Of a DNA stretch of 64,000 nt, positions 1 through 18,000 are shown one piece after another. The stretch comes from Eledone cirrhosa (lineage: Eukaryota), in the NCBI GenBank assembly GCA_964016885.1, contig OZ024741.1, positions 81,778,001-81,842,000 of the forward strand. The letters run 5' to 3'. Every line of letters starts with the position of its first letter. Position 1 is the first letter of the stretch. The position numbers and the translations under genes are program-made. The notes below the pieces were generated by a model, which saw nothing but the letters and a program-made list of their open reading frames with translations, searched no databases and was not told where the DNA came from.

Positions 1-3000
1 GATTTACAACAGAGACAACAGACACGTGAAACACAGATATAAAACAAATACAGCAGACATGTGAAAAACATATTTACAACAGAGACAACACACATGTGAA
101 ACACAGATTTACAACACATACAACGTACATGTGAAACACAGATTGACAACAGAGACAACACACATGTGAAACACAGATTTACAACACATACAACACACGT
201 GTGAGACACAGATTTACCATAGAGAAAACATACATGTGAAATACAGATTTACAACACATACAACACACGTGTGAAACACATATTTACCACACAGACGACA
301 CACATGTGAAACACAGATTTACAATAGAGACAACAGACATGTGAAACACAGATTTACCACACATACATCACACATGTGAAACACAGATTAACAACAGAGA
401 AAACACACATGTGAAACACAGATTTACAACAGAGACAACACACATGTGAAACACAGATTTACAACAGAGACAACACACGTGTGAGACACAGATTTACAAC
501 ATATACAACACACATGTGAAACACAGATTTACAACAGAAACAACAGAGATGTGAAACACAGATTTACAACAAATACAACACACATGTGAAAAACATATTT
601 ACCACACAGACAACACACATGTGAAACACAGATTTACAATAGAGACAGCAGACATGTGAAACACAGATTTACATCACAGACAACACACATGTAAAACACA
701 GATTTACCACACATACAGCACACATGTGAAACACAGATTAACAACAGAGAAAACACACATGTGAAACACAGATTTACAACAGAGACAACACACATGTGAA
801 ACACAGATTTACAACAGAGACAACACACATGTGAAACACAGATTTACAACAGAGACAACACACGTGTGAGACACAGATTTACAACATATACAACACACAT
901 GTGAAACACAGATTTACAACAGAAACAACAGACATGTGAAACACAGATTTACAACAAATACAACACACATGTGAAAAACATATTTACCACACAGACAACA
1001 CACATGTGAAACACAGATTCACAATAGAGACAGCAGACATGTGAAACACAGATTTACATCACAGACAACACACATGTAAAACACAGATTTACCACACAGA
1101 CAACACACATGTAAAACACAGATTTACAATAGAGACAACAGACATGTGAAACACAGATTTATAACATAGACAACACACATGTAAAACACAGATTTACCAC
1201 ACAGACAACACACATGTGAAACACAGATTTACAATAGAGACAACAGACATGTGAAACACAGATTTACCACACATACAGCACACATGTGAACACAGATTTA
1301 CAACACATACAACACACATGTGAATCACAGATTTACAACACAGACAACACACGTGTGACACACAGATTTAATACAGAGACAACACACATGTGAAACACAG
1401 ATTTACAACACATACAACACACATATGAAACACAGCTTTACAACACAGACAAGAAAAACGTGAGACACAGATTTACAACAGAGACAACACACATGTGAAA
1501 CACAGATTTACAACAGAGACAACACACATGTGAAACACAGATTTACAACACATACAACACACATGTGAAACACAGATTTACAACACAGACAACACAATGT
1601 GAAACACAGATTTACAACAAAGACAACACACATGTGAAACACAGATTTACAACACATACAACGCACGTGTGCAACACAGATTTACAACACATACAACGCA
1701 CATGTGAAACACAGATTTGCAGCACAGACAACACACGTGTGAGACACAGATTTACAACACAGACAACACACATGTGAAACACAGATTTACAACACAGACA
1801 ACACACATGTAAAACACAGATTTACAACAGAGACAACACACGTGTGAGACACAGATTTACAACAGAGACAACAAACATGTGAAACACAGATTTACAACAC
1901 ATACAACAGACATGTGAAACACAGATTTACAACATATACGACACACATGTGAAACACAGGTTTACAACACAGACAACACACATGTGAAACACAGATTTAC
2001 AACACATACAACACACGTGTGTAACACAGACTTACAACACAGACATCACACATGTGAAACACAGATTTACAACAGAGATAACACACGTGTGAGACACAGA
2101 TTTACAACAGAGACAACAAACATGTGAAACACAGATTTACAACACATACAACACACATGTGAAACACAGATTTACAACTCAGACAAACATGTGTGAGACA
2201 CAGATTTACAGTACATACAACACACATGTGAAACACAGATTTACAATAGAGACAACAGACATGTGAAACACAGATTTACAATAGAGATAACAGACATGTG
2301 AAACACAGATTTGCAATACATACAACATACATGTGAAACACTGATTTAAAACACATACAACACTTATGTGAAACAGATTTACAACACAGATAACACAAAT
2401 GTGAAACACAGATTTACAACACATACAACGCACATGTGAAACACAGATTTACAACAGAGACAACACACGTGTGACACACAGATTTACAACAGAGACAACA
2501 CACATATGAAACACAGATTTACAACAGAGACAACACACACGTGAAACACAGATTTACAACAGAGACAACACACGTGTGAGACACAGATTTACAACATATA
2601 CAACACACATATGAAACACAGATTTACAACAGAGACAACAGACATGTGAAACAGAGATTTACAACAAATACAACACACATGTGAAAAACATATTTACAAA
2701 AGAGACAACACACATGTGAAACACAGATTTACAACACATACAACGTACATGTGAAACACAGATTTACAACAGAGACAACACACATGTGAAACACAGATTT
2801 ACAACACATACAGCACACGTGTGAGATACAGATTTACAACAGAGAAAACACACATGTGAAACACACATTTATAACACAGACAACACATGTGAGACACAGA
2901 TTTACAACACATACAACACACGTGTGAAACACAGATTTACAACACAGACAACACCTGTGAAACACAGATTTACAACACAGACAACACACATGTGAATCAC

Positions 3001-6000
3001 AGATTTACAACACAGACAACACACATGTGAAACACAGATTTATAACACAGACAATACACATGTGGAACAAAGATTTACAACACAGACAACATACATGTGA
3101 AACACAGATTTACAACACAGCAAACACGCATGTGAAACACAGATTTACAACATATCCAACAAACATATTAAACACAGATTTACAAAAGAGACAACACACA
3201 TGTGAAACACAGATTTACAACACATACAACACACGTGTGAAACACAGATTTACAACGCAGACAACACATGTGAAACACAGATTTACAACACATACAACAC
3301 ACGTGTGAGACACAGATTTACAACACAGACAACAAACATGTGAATCACAGATTTACAACACAGACAACACACATGTGGAACAAAGCTTTACAACACAGAC
3401 AACACACATATGAATCTCAGATTTACAACACATACAACGCACATGTGAAACACAGATTTACAACACAGACAACACACGTGTGAGACACAGATTTACAACA
3501 CAGACAACACACATGTAAAACACAGATTTACAATACAGACAACACACATGTGAAACACAGATTTACAACACAGACAACACACGTGTGAGACACGGATTTA
3601 CAATAGAGATAACAGACATGTGAAACACAGATTTACAACACAGACAAAACACGTGTGAGACACAGATTAACAACACATACAACACACATGTGAAACACAG
3701 ATTTACAACAAAGACAACACACGTGTGACACAGATTTACAACACAGACAACACACGTGTGAATCACAGATTTACAACACAGACAACACACCTGTGAGACA
3801 AAGATTTACAACAGAAAAAACACACATGCGAAACACAGATTTCCAACACATACAACACACGTGTGAAACACAGATTTACAACACAGACAACACATGTCAA
3901 ACACAGATTTACAACACTGACAACACACATGTGAATCACAGATTTACAACACAGACAACACACATGTGAAAAACAGATTTACAACACAGACAACACACGT
4001 GTGAGACACGGATTTACAATAGAGATAACAGACATGTGAAACACAGATTTACAACACAGACAAAACACGTGTGAGAGACAGATTTACAACACAGACAACA
4101 CACCTGTGAGACAAAGATTTACAGCAGAAAAAACACACATGCGAAACACAGATTTACAACACATACAACACACGTGTGAAACACAGATTTACAAAACAGA
4201 CAACACATGTCAAACACAGATTTACAACACTGACAACACACATGTGAATCACAGATTTACAACACAGACAACACACATGTGAAACACAGATTTACAACAC
4301 AGACAACACACATGTGGAACAATAATTTACAACACAGTCAACATACATGTGAAACACAGATTTACAACACAGAAAACACGCATGTGAAACACAGATATAC
4401 AACATATCCACAAACATATGAAACACATATTTACAAAAGAGACAACACACATGTTAAACACAGATTTACAACACATACAACACACGTGTGAGACACAGAT
4501 TTACAACATATACAACACACATATGAAACACAGATTTACAACAGAGACAACAGACATGTGAAACAGAGATTTACAACAAATACAACACACATGTGAAAAA
4601 CATATTTACAAAAGAGACAACACACATGTGAAACACAGATTTACAACACATACAACGTACATGTGAAACACAGATTTACAACAGAGACAACACACATGTG
4701 AAACACAGATTTACAACACATACAGCACACGTGTGAGACACAGATTTACAACAGAGAAAACACACATGTGAAACACACATTTATAACACAGACAACACAT
4801 GTGAGACACAGATTTACAACACATACAACACACGTGTGAAACACAGATTTACAACACAGACAACAGCTGTGAAACACAGATTTACAACACAGACAACACA
4901 CATGTGAATCACAGATTTACAACACAGACAATCACACATGTGAAACACAGATTTATAACACAGAGAATACACATGTGGAACAAAGATTTACAACACAGAC
5001 AACATACATGTGAAACAAAGATTTACAACACAGCAAACACGCATGTGAAACACAGATTTACAACATATCCAACAAACATATAAAACACAGATTTACAAAA
5101 GAGACAACACACATGTGAAACACAGATTTACAACACATACAACACACGTGTGAAACACAGATTTACAACGCAGACAACACATGTGAAACACAGATTTACA
5201 ACACAGACAACAAACATGTGAATCACAGATTTACAACACAGACAACACACATGTGGTACAAAGCTTTACAACACAGACAACACACATGTGAATCTCAGAT
5301 TTACAACACATACAACGCACATGTGAAACACAGATTTACAACACAGACAACACACGTGTGAGACACAGATTTACAACACAGACAACACACATGTAAAACA
5401 CAGATTTACAATACAGACAACACACATGTGAAACACAGATTTACAACACAGACAACACACGTGTGAGACACGGATTTACAATAGAGATAACAGACATGTG
5501 AAACACAGATTTACAACACAGACAAAACACGTGTGAGACACAGATTAACAACACATACAACACACATGTGAAACACAGATTTACAACAAAGACAACACAC
5601 GTGTGACACAGATTTACAACACAGACAACACACATGTGAATCACAGATTTACAACACAGACAACACACCTGTGAGACAAAGATTTACAACAGAAAAAACA
5701 CACATGCGAAACACAGATTTCCAACACATACAACACACGTGTGAAACACAGATTTACAACACAGACAACACATGTCAAACACAGATTTACAACACTGACA
5801 ACACACATGTGAATCACAGATTTACAACACAGACAACACACATGTGAAAAACAGATTTACAACACAGACAACACACGTGTGAGACACGGATTTACAATAG
5901 AGATAACAGACATGTGAAACACAGATTTACAACACAGACAAAACACGTGTGAGAGACAGATTAATAACACATACAACACACATGTGAAACACAGATTTAC

Positions 6001-9000
6001 AACACAGACAACACACATGTGAATCACAGATTTACAACACAGACAACACACCTGTGAGACAAAGATTTACAACAGAAAAAACACACATGCGAAACACAGA
6101 TTTACAACACATACAACACACGTGTGAAACACAGATTTACAACACAGACAACACATGTAAAACACAGATTTACAACACTGACAACACACATGTGAATCAC
6201 AGATTTACAACACAGACAACACACATGTGAAACACAGATTTACAACACAGACAACACACATGTGGAACAATAATTTACAACACAGTCAACATACATGTGA
6301 AACACAGATTTACAACACAGAAAACACGCATGTGAAACACAGATATACAACATATCCACAAACATATGAAATACATATTTACAAAAGAGACAACAGACAT
6401 GTTAAACACAGATTTACAACACATACAACACACGTGTGAGACACAGATTTACAACACAGACAACATATGTGTGAAACACTGATTTACAACACAGACAACA
6501 CACATGTGAAACACAGATTTACAACAGCGACAACACACATGTGAAACACAGATTTACAACACATACAACACACGTGTGAAACACAGATTTACAACACATA
6601 CAACAGACATGTGAAACACAGATTTACAACACATACGACATACATGTGAAACACAGATTTACAACACAGACAACACACATGTGAAACACAGATTTACAAC
6701 ACAGACAACACACGTGTGAAACACTGATTTACAACAGAGACAACACACATGTGAAACACAGATTTACAACACAGACAACACACGTGTGATACACAGATTT
6801 ACAACAGAGATAACAAACATGTGATACACAGATTTACAACACATAAAACACACATGTGAAACACAGATTTACAATAGAGACAACAGACATGTGAAACATA
6901 GATTTACAATAGAGATAACAGACATGTGAAACACAGATTTGCAATACATACAACACACATGTGAAACACTGATTTACAACACAGACAACACACCTGTGAG
7001 ACAAAGATTTACAACAGAAAAAACACACATGCGAAACACAGATTTACAACACAGACAACACACGTGTGAGACACAGATTTACAACACATACAACACACAT
7101 GTGAAACACAGATTTAAAACACATACAACACACATGTGAAACTCAGATTTCAACACATACAACGCACATGTGAAACACAGATTTACAACACAGACAACAC
7201 ACATGTGAAACACAGATTTACAACACATACAAAAAACATATGAAACACATGGTTACAACAGACACAACACACATGTGAAACACAGATTTACAACACAGAC
7301 AACACACATGTGAAACACAGATTTACAACACAGACAACACACATGTGAAACACAGATTTACAACACAGTCAACACACATGTGAAACAAAGATTTACAACA
7401 CAGAAAACAAACATGTGAAACACCGATATACAACACACATGTGATACACATATTTAGAACAGAGACAACACAAGTGTGGAACACAGATTTACAACAGAGA
7501 CAACACACATGTGAAACACAGATTTACAACACATACAGCACACGTGTGAGACACAGATTTACAACAGAGACAACACACATGTAAAACACAGATTTACAAC
7601 ACACGTGTGAAACACAAATTTACAACACATTCAACAGACATGTGAAACACAGATTTACAACACATACGACACACATGTGAAACACAGATTTACAACACAG
7701 ACAACACACATGTGAAACACAGATTTACAACACAGACAACACACGTGTGAGACACAGATTTTCAGTACATACAACACACATGTGAAACACAGATTTACAA
7801 TAGAGACAACAGACATGTGAAACACAGATTTACAATAGAGATAACAGACATGTGAAACACAGATTTGCAATACATACAACACACGTGTGAGACTCAGATT
7901 TAAAACACATACAACACACATGTGAAACACAGATTTACAACACATACAACACAATGTGAAACACAGATTTACAACACAGACAACACACGTCTGAGTCACA
8001 GACTTACTGTACATACAACAAATATGTGAAACAGAGATCTACAACACATACAACACAATGTAAAATACAGATTTACCACACAGACAAAACACATGTGAAA
8101 CACAGATTTACAACACAGAAAACACACATGTGAAACACAGATTTACAACACAGACAACACACGTCTGAATCACAGACTTACAGTACATACAACAAACATG
8201 TGAAACACAGATTTACAACACATACAACACACATGTGAAACACAGATTTACAACACAGACAACACACGTGTGAGACACAGATTTACAAAAGAGGCAACAC
8301 ACATGTGAACCACAGATTTACAGCACACACAACAAACATGTGAAACACAGATTTACAACACAGACAACACACGTGTGCGACACAGATTTACAACATATAC
8401 AACACACATGTGAAACTCAGATTTACAACACAAACAACACACATGTGAAACAAAGTTACAACAGAGACAACACACGTGTGAAACACAGACTTACAACTCA
8501 TACAACACCCATGTGAAACACAGATTTACAATACAGACACGACAGATGTGAAACACAGATTTACAACAGAGACAACAAACATGTGAAACACAGATTTACA
8601 ACAGAGACAACAGACATGTGAAACTCAGATTTACAACACAGAAAACAAACATATGAAACACCGATATACAACACACATGTGAAACACATATTTACAACAG
8701 AGACAAAACACATGTGAAACACAGATTTACAACAGAGACAACAAACATGTGAAACACAGATTTACAACACAGAAAACAAACATGTGAAACACCGATATAC
8801 AACACACATGTGAAACACAGATTTACAATACAAACAACACACGTGTGAGACACAGCTTTACAACACAGACAACACAATGTGAAACACAGATTTACAACAC
8901 ATACAACAGACATGTGAAACACACATGTGAAACACAGATTTACAACACAAAAAACACAGATGTGAAACACAGATTTACAACACATACAACGCACATGTGA

Positions 9001-12000
9001 AACACAGATTTACAACACAGACAACACATGTGTGAGACACAGATTTACAACACAGACAACACACATGTGAAACACAGATTTACAACACACACAACACACA
9101 TGTGAAACACAGATTTACAACACAGGCAACACACATGTGAAACACAGATTTACAACACATACAACACACATGTGAAACACACATGTGAAACACAGATTTA
9201 CAACACAGACAACAGAGATGTGAAACACAGATTTACAACACATACAACGCACATGTGAAACACAGATTTACAACACATACAACACACATGTGAAACACAC
9301 ATGTGAAACATAGATTTACAACACAGACAACAGAGATGTGAAACACAGATTTACAACACATACAACGCACATGTGAAACACAGATTTACAACACAGACAA
9401 CACACGTGTGAGACACAGATTTACAACACAGACAACACACGTGTGAGACACAGATTTACAACACAGACAACACACATGTGAAACACAGATTTACAACACG
9501 GACAACACACATGTGAAACAGATTTACAACACGGACAACACACATGTGAAACACAGATTTACAACACAGACAACACACGTCTGAGTCACAGACTTACAGT
9601 ATATACAATAAACATGTGAAACACAGATTTACAACACAGACAACACACATGTGAAACAGATTTACAACACAGACAACACACGTGTGAAACACAGATTTAA
9701 AACACATACAACACACATGTGAAACACAGATTTAAAACACATACAAAAACATATGAAACACATATTTACAACAGACACAACACACATGTGAAACACAGAT
9801 TTACAACACAGACAACACACGTTTGAGACACAGATTTACAGTACATACAATACAATGTGAAACACAGATTTACAATAGAGATAACAGACATGTGAAACAA
9901 AGATTTGCAATACATACAACACACATGTGAAACACTGAATTACAACACAGACAACACACGTGTGAGACACAGATTTACAACACAGACAACACACATGTGA
10001 AACACAGATTTACAACACAGACAACACACATGTGAAACACAGATTTACAAGACCGACAACACACGTGTGAAACACAGATTTAAAACACATACAACAGACA
10101 TGTGAAACACAGATTTACAACACATACAAACAACATATGAAACACATATTTACAACAGACACAACACACATGTAAAACACGGATTTACAACAGAGACAAC
10201 ACACATGTGAAACACAGATTTACAACACAGACAACACACATCTGAAACACAGATTTACAACACAGACAACACACGTCTGAGTCACAGACTTACAGTACAT
10301 ACAACAAACATGTGAAACACAGATTTAAAACACATACAACACACATGTGAAACACAGATTTACAACACAGACGACACACGTGTTAGACACAGATTTACAA
10401 CAGAGACAACACACATGTGAACCACAGATTTCAAGACTGACAACAAACATGTGAAACACAGATTTACAAAACAGACAACACACGTGTGAGACTCAGATTT
10501 GCAACATATACAACACACATGTGAAACACAGATTTACAACACATACAACACACATGTGAAACACAGATTTACAACAGAGACAACAAACATGTGAAACACA
10601 GATTTACAATAGAGACAACATACATGTGAAACTCAGATTTACAACACAGAAAACAAACATATGAAACACCGATATACAACACACATGTGAAACACATATT
10701 TACAACAGAGACAACACACATGTGAAACACAGATTTACAACACAGAAAACAAACATGTGAAATACCGATATACAACACACATGTGAAACACAGATTTACA
10801 ACACAAACAACACACGTGTGAGACACAGATTTACAACACAGACAACACAATGTGAAACACAGATTTACAACACATACAACAGACATGTGAAACACACATG
10901 TCAAACACAGATTTACAACAGAGACAAAACACGTGTGAGAGACAGATTAACAACACATACAACACACATGTGAAACACAGATTTACAACACAGACAACAC
11001 ACATGTGAATCACAGATTTACAACACAGACAACACACCTGTGAGACAAAGATTTACAACAGAAAAAACACACATGCGAAACACAGATTAAACAACACATA
11101 CAACACACGTGTGAAACACAGATTTACAACACAGACAACACATGTCAAACACAGATTTACAACACTGACAACACACATGTGAATCACAGATTTACAACAC
11201 AGACAACACACATGTGAAACACAGATTTACAACACAGACAACACACATGTGGAACAATAATTTACAACACAGTCAACATACATGTGAAACACAGATTTAC
11301 AACACAGAAAACACGCATGTGAAACACAGATATACAACATATCCACAAACATATGAAATACATATTTACAAAAGAGACAACAGACATGTTAAACACAGAT
11401 TTACAACACATACAACACACGTGTGAGACACAGATTTACAACACAGACAACATATGTGTGAAACACTGATTTACAACACAGACAACACACATGTGAAACA
11501 CAGATTTACAACAGCGACAACACACATGTGAAACACAGATTTACAACACATACAACACACGTGTGAAACACAGATTTACAACACATACAACAGACATGTG
11601 AAACACAGATTTACAACACATACGACATACATGTGAAACACAGATTTACAACACAGACAACACACATGTGAAACACAGATTTACAACACAGACAACACAC
11701 GTGTGAAACACTGATTTACAACAGAGACAACACACATGTGAAACACAGATTTACAACACAGACAACACACGTGTGATACACAGATTTACAACAGAGATAA
11801 CAAACATGTGATACACAGATTTACAACACATAAAACACACATGTGAAACACAGATTTACAACACAGACAACACACGTTTGAGACACAGATTTACAGTACA
11901 TACAACACACATGTGAAGCACAGATTTACAATAGAGACAACAGACATGTGAAACATAGATTTACAATAGAGATAACAGACATGTGAAACACAGATTTGCA

Positions 12001-15000
12001 ATACATACAACACACATGTGAAACACTGATTTACAACACAGACAACACACCTGTGAGACAAAGATTTACAACAGAAAAAACACACATGCGAAACACAGAT
12101 TTACAACACAGACAACACACGTGTGAGACACAGATTTACAACACATACAACACACATGTGAAACACAGATTTAAAACACATACAACACACACGTGAAACT
12201 CAGATTTCAACACATACAACGCACATGTGAAACACAGATTTACAACACAGACAACACACATGTGAAACACAGATTTACAACACATACAAAAAACATATGA
12301 AACACATGGTTACAACAGACACAACACACATGTGAAACACAGATTTACAACACAGACAACACACATGTGAAACACAGATTTACAACACAGACAACACACA
12401 TGTGAAACACAGATTTACAACACAGTCAACACACATGTGAAACAAAGATTTACAACACAGAAAACAAACATGTGAAACACCGATATACAACACACATGTG
12501 ATACACATATTTAGAACAGAGACAACACAAGTGTGGAACACAGATTTACAACAGAGACAACACACATGTGAAACACAGATTTACAACACATACAGCACAC
12601 GTGTGAGACACAGATTTACAACAGAGACAACACACATGTAAAACACAGATTTACAACACACGTGTGAAACACAAATTTACAACACATTCAACAGACATGT
12701 GAAACACAGATTTACAACACATACGACACACATGTGAAACACAGATTTACAACACAGACAACACACATGTGAAACACAGATTTACAATACAGACAACACA
12801 CGTGTGAGACACAGATTTTCAGTACATACAACACACATGTGAAACACAGATTTACAATAGAGACAACAGACATGTGAAACACAGATTTACAATAGAGATA
12901 ACAGACATGTGAAACACAGATTTGCAATACATACAACACACGTGTGAGACTCAGATTTAAAACACATACAACACACATGTGAAACACAGATTTACAACAC
13001 ATACAACACAATGTGAAACACAGATTTACAACACAGACAACACACGTCTGAGTCACAGACTTACTGTACATACAACAAATATGTGAAACAGAGATCTACA
13101 ACACATACAACACAATGTAAAATACAGATTTACCACACAGACAAAACACATGTGAAACACAGATTTACAACACAGAAAACACACATGTGAAACACAGATT
13201 TACAACACAGACAACACACGTCTGAGTCGCAGACTTACAGTACATACAACAAACATGTGAAACACAGATTTACAACACATACAACACACATGTGAAACAC
13301 AGATTTACAACACAGACAACACACGTGTGAGACACAGATTTACAAAAGAGGCAACACACATGTGAACCACAGATTTACAGCACACACAACAAACATGTGA
13401 AACACAGATTTACAACACAGACAACACACGTGTGCGACACAGATTTACAACATATACAACACACATGTGAAACTCAGATTTACAACACAAACAACACACA
13501 TGTGAAACAAAGTTACAACAGAGACAACACACGTGTGAAACACAGACTTACAACTCATACAACACCCATGTGAAACACAGATTTACAATACAGACACGAC
13601 AGATGTGAAACACAGATTTACAACAGAGACAACAAACATGTGAAACACAGATTTACAACAGAGACAACAGACATGTGAAACTCAGATTTACAACACAGAA
13701 AACAAACATATGAAACACCGATATACAACACACATGTGAAACACATATTTACAACAGAGACAAAACACATGTGAAACACAGATTTACAACAGAGACAACA
13801 AACATGTGAAACACAGATTTACAACACAGAAAACAAACATGTGAAACACCGATATACAACACACATGTGAAACACAGATTTACAATACAAACAACACACG
13901 TGTGAGACACAGCTTTACAACACAGACAACACAATGTGAAACACAGATTTACAACACATACAACAGACATGTGAAACACACATGTGAAACACAGATTTAC
14001 AACACAAAAAACACAGATGTGAAACACAGATTTACAACACATACAACGCACATGTGAAACACAGATTTACAACACAGACAACACATGTGTGAGACACAGA
14101 TTTACAACACAGACAACACACATGTGAAACACAGATTTACAACACACACAACACACATGTGAAACACAGATTTACAACACAGGCAACACACATGTGAAAC
14201 ACAGATTTACAACACATACAACATACATGTGAAACACACATGTGAAACACAGATTTACAACACAGACAACAGAGATGTGAAACACAGATTTACAACACAT
14301 ACAACGCACATGTGAAACACAGATTTACAACACATACAACACACATGTGAAACACACATGTGAAACACAGATTTACAACACAGACAACAGAGATGTGAAA
14401 CACAGATTTACAACACATACAACGCACATGTGAAACACAGATTTACAACACAGACAACACACGTGTGAGACACAGATTTACAACACAGACAACACACGTG
14501 TGAGACACAGATTTACAACACAGACAACACACATGTGAAACACAGATTTACAACACGGACAACACACATGTGAAACAGATTTACAACACGGACAACACAC
14601 ATGTGAAACACAGATTTACAACACAGACAACACACGTCTGAGTCACAGACTTACAGTATATACAACAAACATGTGAAACACAGATTTACAACACAGACAA
14701 CACACATGTGAAACAGATTTACAACACTGACAACACACGTGTGAAACACAGATTTAAAACACATACAACACACATGTGAAACACAGATTTAAAACACATA
14801 CAAAAACATATGAAACACATATTTACAACAGACACAACACACATGTGAAACACAGATTTACAACACAGACAACACACGTTTGAGACACAGATTTACAGTA
14901 CATACAATACAATGTGAAACACAGATTTACAATAGAGACAACAGACATGTGAAACACAGATTTACAATAGAGATAACAGACATGTGAAACACTGAATTAC

Positions 15001-18000
15001 AACACAGACAACACACGTGTGAGACACAGATTTACAACACAGACAACACACATGTGAAACACAGATTTACAACACAGACAACACACATGTGAAACACAGA
15101 TTTACAAGACCGACAACACACGTGTGAAACACAGATTTAAAACACATACAACAGACATGTGAAACACAGATTTACAACACATACAAACAACATATGAAAC
15201 ACATATTTACAACAGACACAACACACATGTAAAACAGGGATTTACAACAGAGACAACACACATGTGAAACACAGATTTACAACACAGACAACACACATGT
15301 GAAACACAGATTTACAACACAGACAACACACGTCTGAGTCACAGACTTACAGTACATACAACAAACATGTGAAACACAGATTTAAAACACATACAACACA
15401 CATGTGAAACACAGATTTACAACACAGACGACACACGTGTTAGACACAGATTTACAACAGAGACAACACACATGTGAACCACAGATTTCAAGACTGACAA
15501 CAAACATGTGAAACACAGATTTACAAAACAGACAACACACGTGTGAGACTCAGATTTGCAACATATACAACACACATGTGAAACACAGATTTACAACACA
15601 TACAACACACATGTGAAACACAGATTTACAACAGAGACAACAAACATGTGAAACACAGATTTACAATAGAGACAACATACATGTGAAACTCAGATTTACA
15701 ACACAGAAAACAAACATATGAAACACCGATATACAACACACATGTGAAACACATATTTACAACAGAGACAACACACATGTGAAACACAGATTTACAACAC
15801 AGAAAACAAACATGTGAAATACCGATATACAACACACATGTGAAACACAGATTTACAACACAAACAACACACGTGTGAGACACAGATTTACAACACAGAC
15901 AACACAATGTGAAACACAGATTTACAACACATACAACAGACATGTGAAACACACATGTGAAACACAGATTTACAACACAAACAACACAGATTTGAAATAC
16001 AGATTTACAACACATACAACGCACATGTGAAACACAGATTTACAACACAGACAACACACGTGTGAGACACAGATTTACAACAGAGACAACACACATGTGA
16101 AACACAGATTTATAACACACACAACACACATGTGAAACACAGATTTACAACACAGGCAACACACATGTGAAATACAGATTTACAACACATACAACACACA
16201 TGTGAAACACAGATGTGAAACACACATGTGAAACACAGATTTACAACACAGACAACACAGATGTGAAACACAGATTTACAACACATACAACGCACATGTG
16301 AAACACAGATTTACAACACAGACAACACACGTGTGAGACACAGCTTTACAACACAGACAACACACGTGTGAGACACAGATTTACAACACAGACAACACAC
16401 ATGTGAAACACAGATTTACAACAGGGACAACAAACATGTGAAACACAGATTTACAACAGAGACAACATACATGTGAAACTCAGATTTACAACACAGAAAA
16501 CAAACATATGAAACACCGATATACAACACACATGTGAAACACATATTTACAACAGAGACAACACACATGTGAAACACAGATTTACAACACAGAAAACAAA
16601 CATGTGAAATACCGATATACAACACACATGTGAAACACAGATTTACAACATAAACAACACACGTGTGAGACACAGATTTACAACACAGACAACACAATGT
16701 GAAACACAGATTTACAACACATACAACAGACATGTGAAACACACATGTGAAACACAGATTTACAACACAAACAACACAGATTTGAAACACAGATTTACAA
16801 CACATACAACGCACATGTGAAACACAGATTTACAACACAGACAACACACGTGTGAGACACAGATTTACAACAGAGACAACACACATGTGAAACACAGATT
16901 TATAACACACACAACACACATGTGAAACACAGATTTACAACACAGGCAACACACATGTGAAACACAGATTTACAACACATACAACACACATGTGAAACAC
17001 ACATGTGAAACACAGATTTAAAACACATACAACACTTATGTGAAACACAGATTTACAACACAGACAACACACATGTGAAACACAGATTTACAACACAGAC
17101 AACACACATGTGAAACACAGATTTACAACACAGACAACACACGTCTGAGTCACAGACTTACAGTACATACAAGAAACATGTGAAACACAGATTTACAACA
17201 CATACAACACACATGTGCAACACAGATTTACAACACAGACAACACACGTGTGAGACACAGATTTACAAAAGAGACAACACACATGTGAACCACAGATTTA
17301 CAGCACACACAACAAACATGTGAAACACAGATTTACAACACAGACAACACACGTGTGCGACACAGATTTACAACATATACAACACACATGTGAAACTCAG
17401 GTTTACAACACATACAACACACATGTGAAACCCAAAGTTACAACAGAGACAACACACGTGTGAAACACAGACTTACAACTCATACAACACCCATGTGAAA
17501 CACAGATTTACAACACAGACACGACACATGTGAAACACAGATTTACAACACAGACAACACACATGTGAAACAAAGATTTACAATACAGAAAACAAACATG
17601 TGAAACACCGATATACAACACACATGTGAAACACATATTTACAACAGAGATAACACACGTGTGGAACACAGATTTACAACAGAGACAACAAACATGTGAA
17701 ACTCAGATTTACAACACAGAAAACAAACATATGAAACACCGATATACATCACACATGTGAAACACATATTTACAACAGAGACAACACACATGTGAAACAC
17801 AGATTTACAACAGAGACAACAAACATGTGAAACACAGATTTGCAATACAGAAAACAAACATGTGAAACACCGATATACAACACACATGTGAAACACAGAT
17901 TTACAACACAAACAACACACGTGTGAGACACAGATTTACAACACAGACAACACAATGTGAAACACAGATTTACAACACATACAACAGACATGTGAAACAC

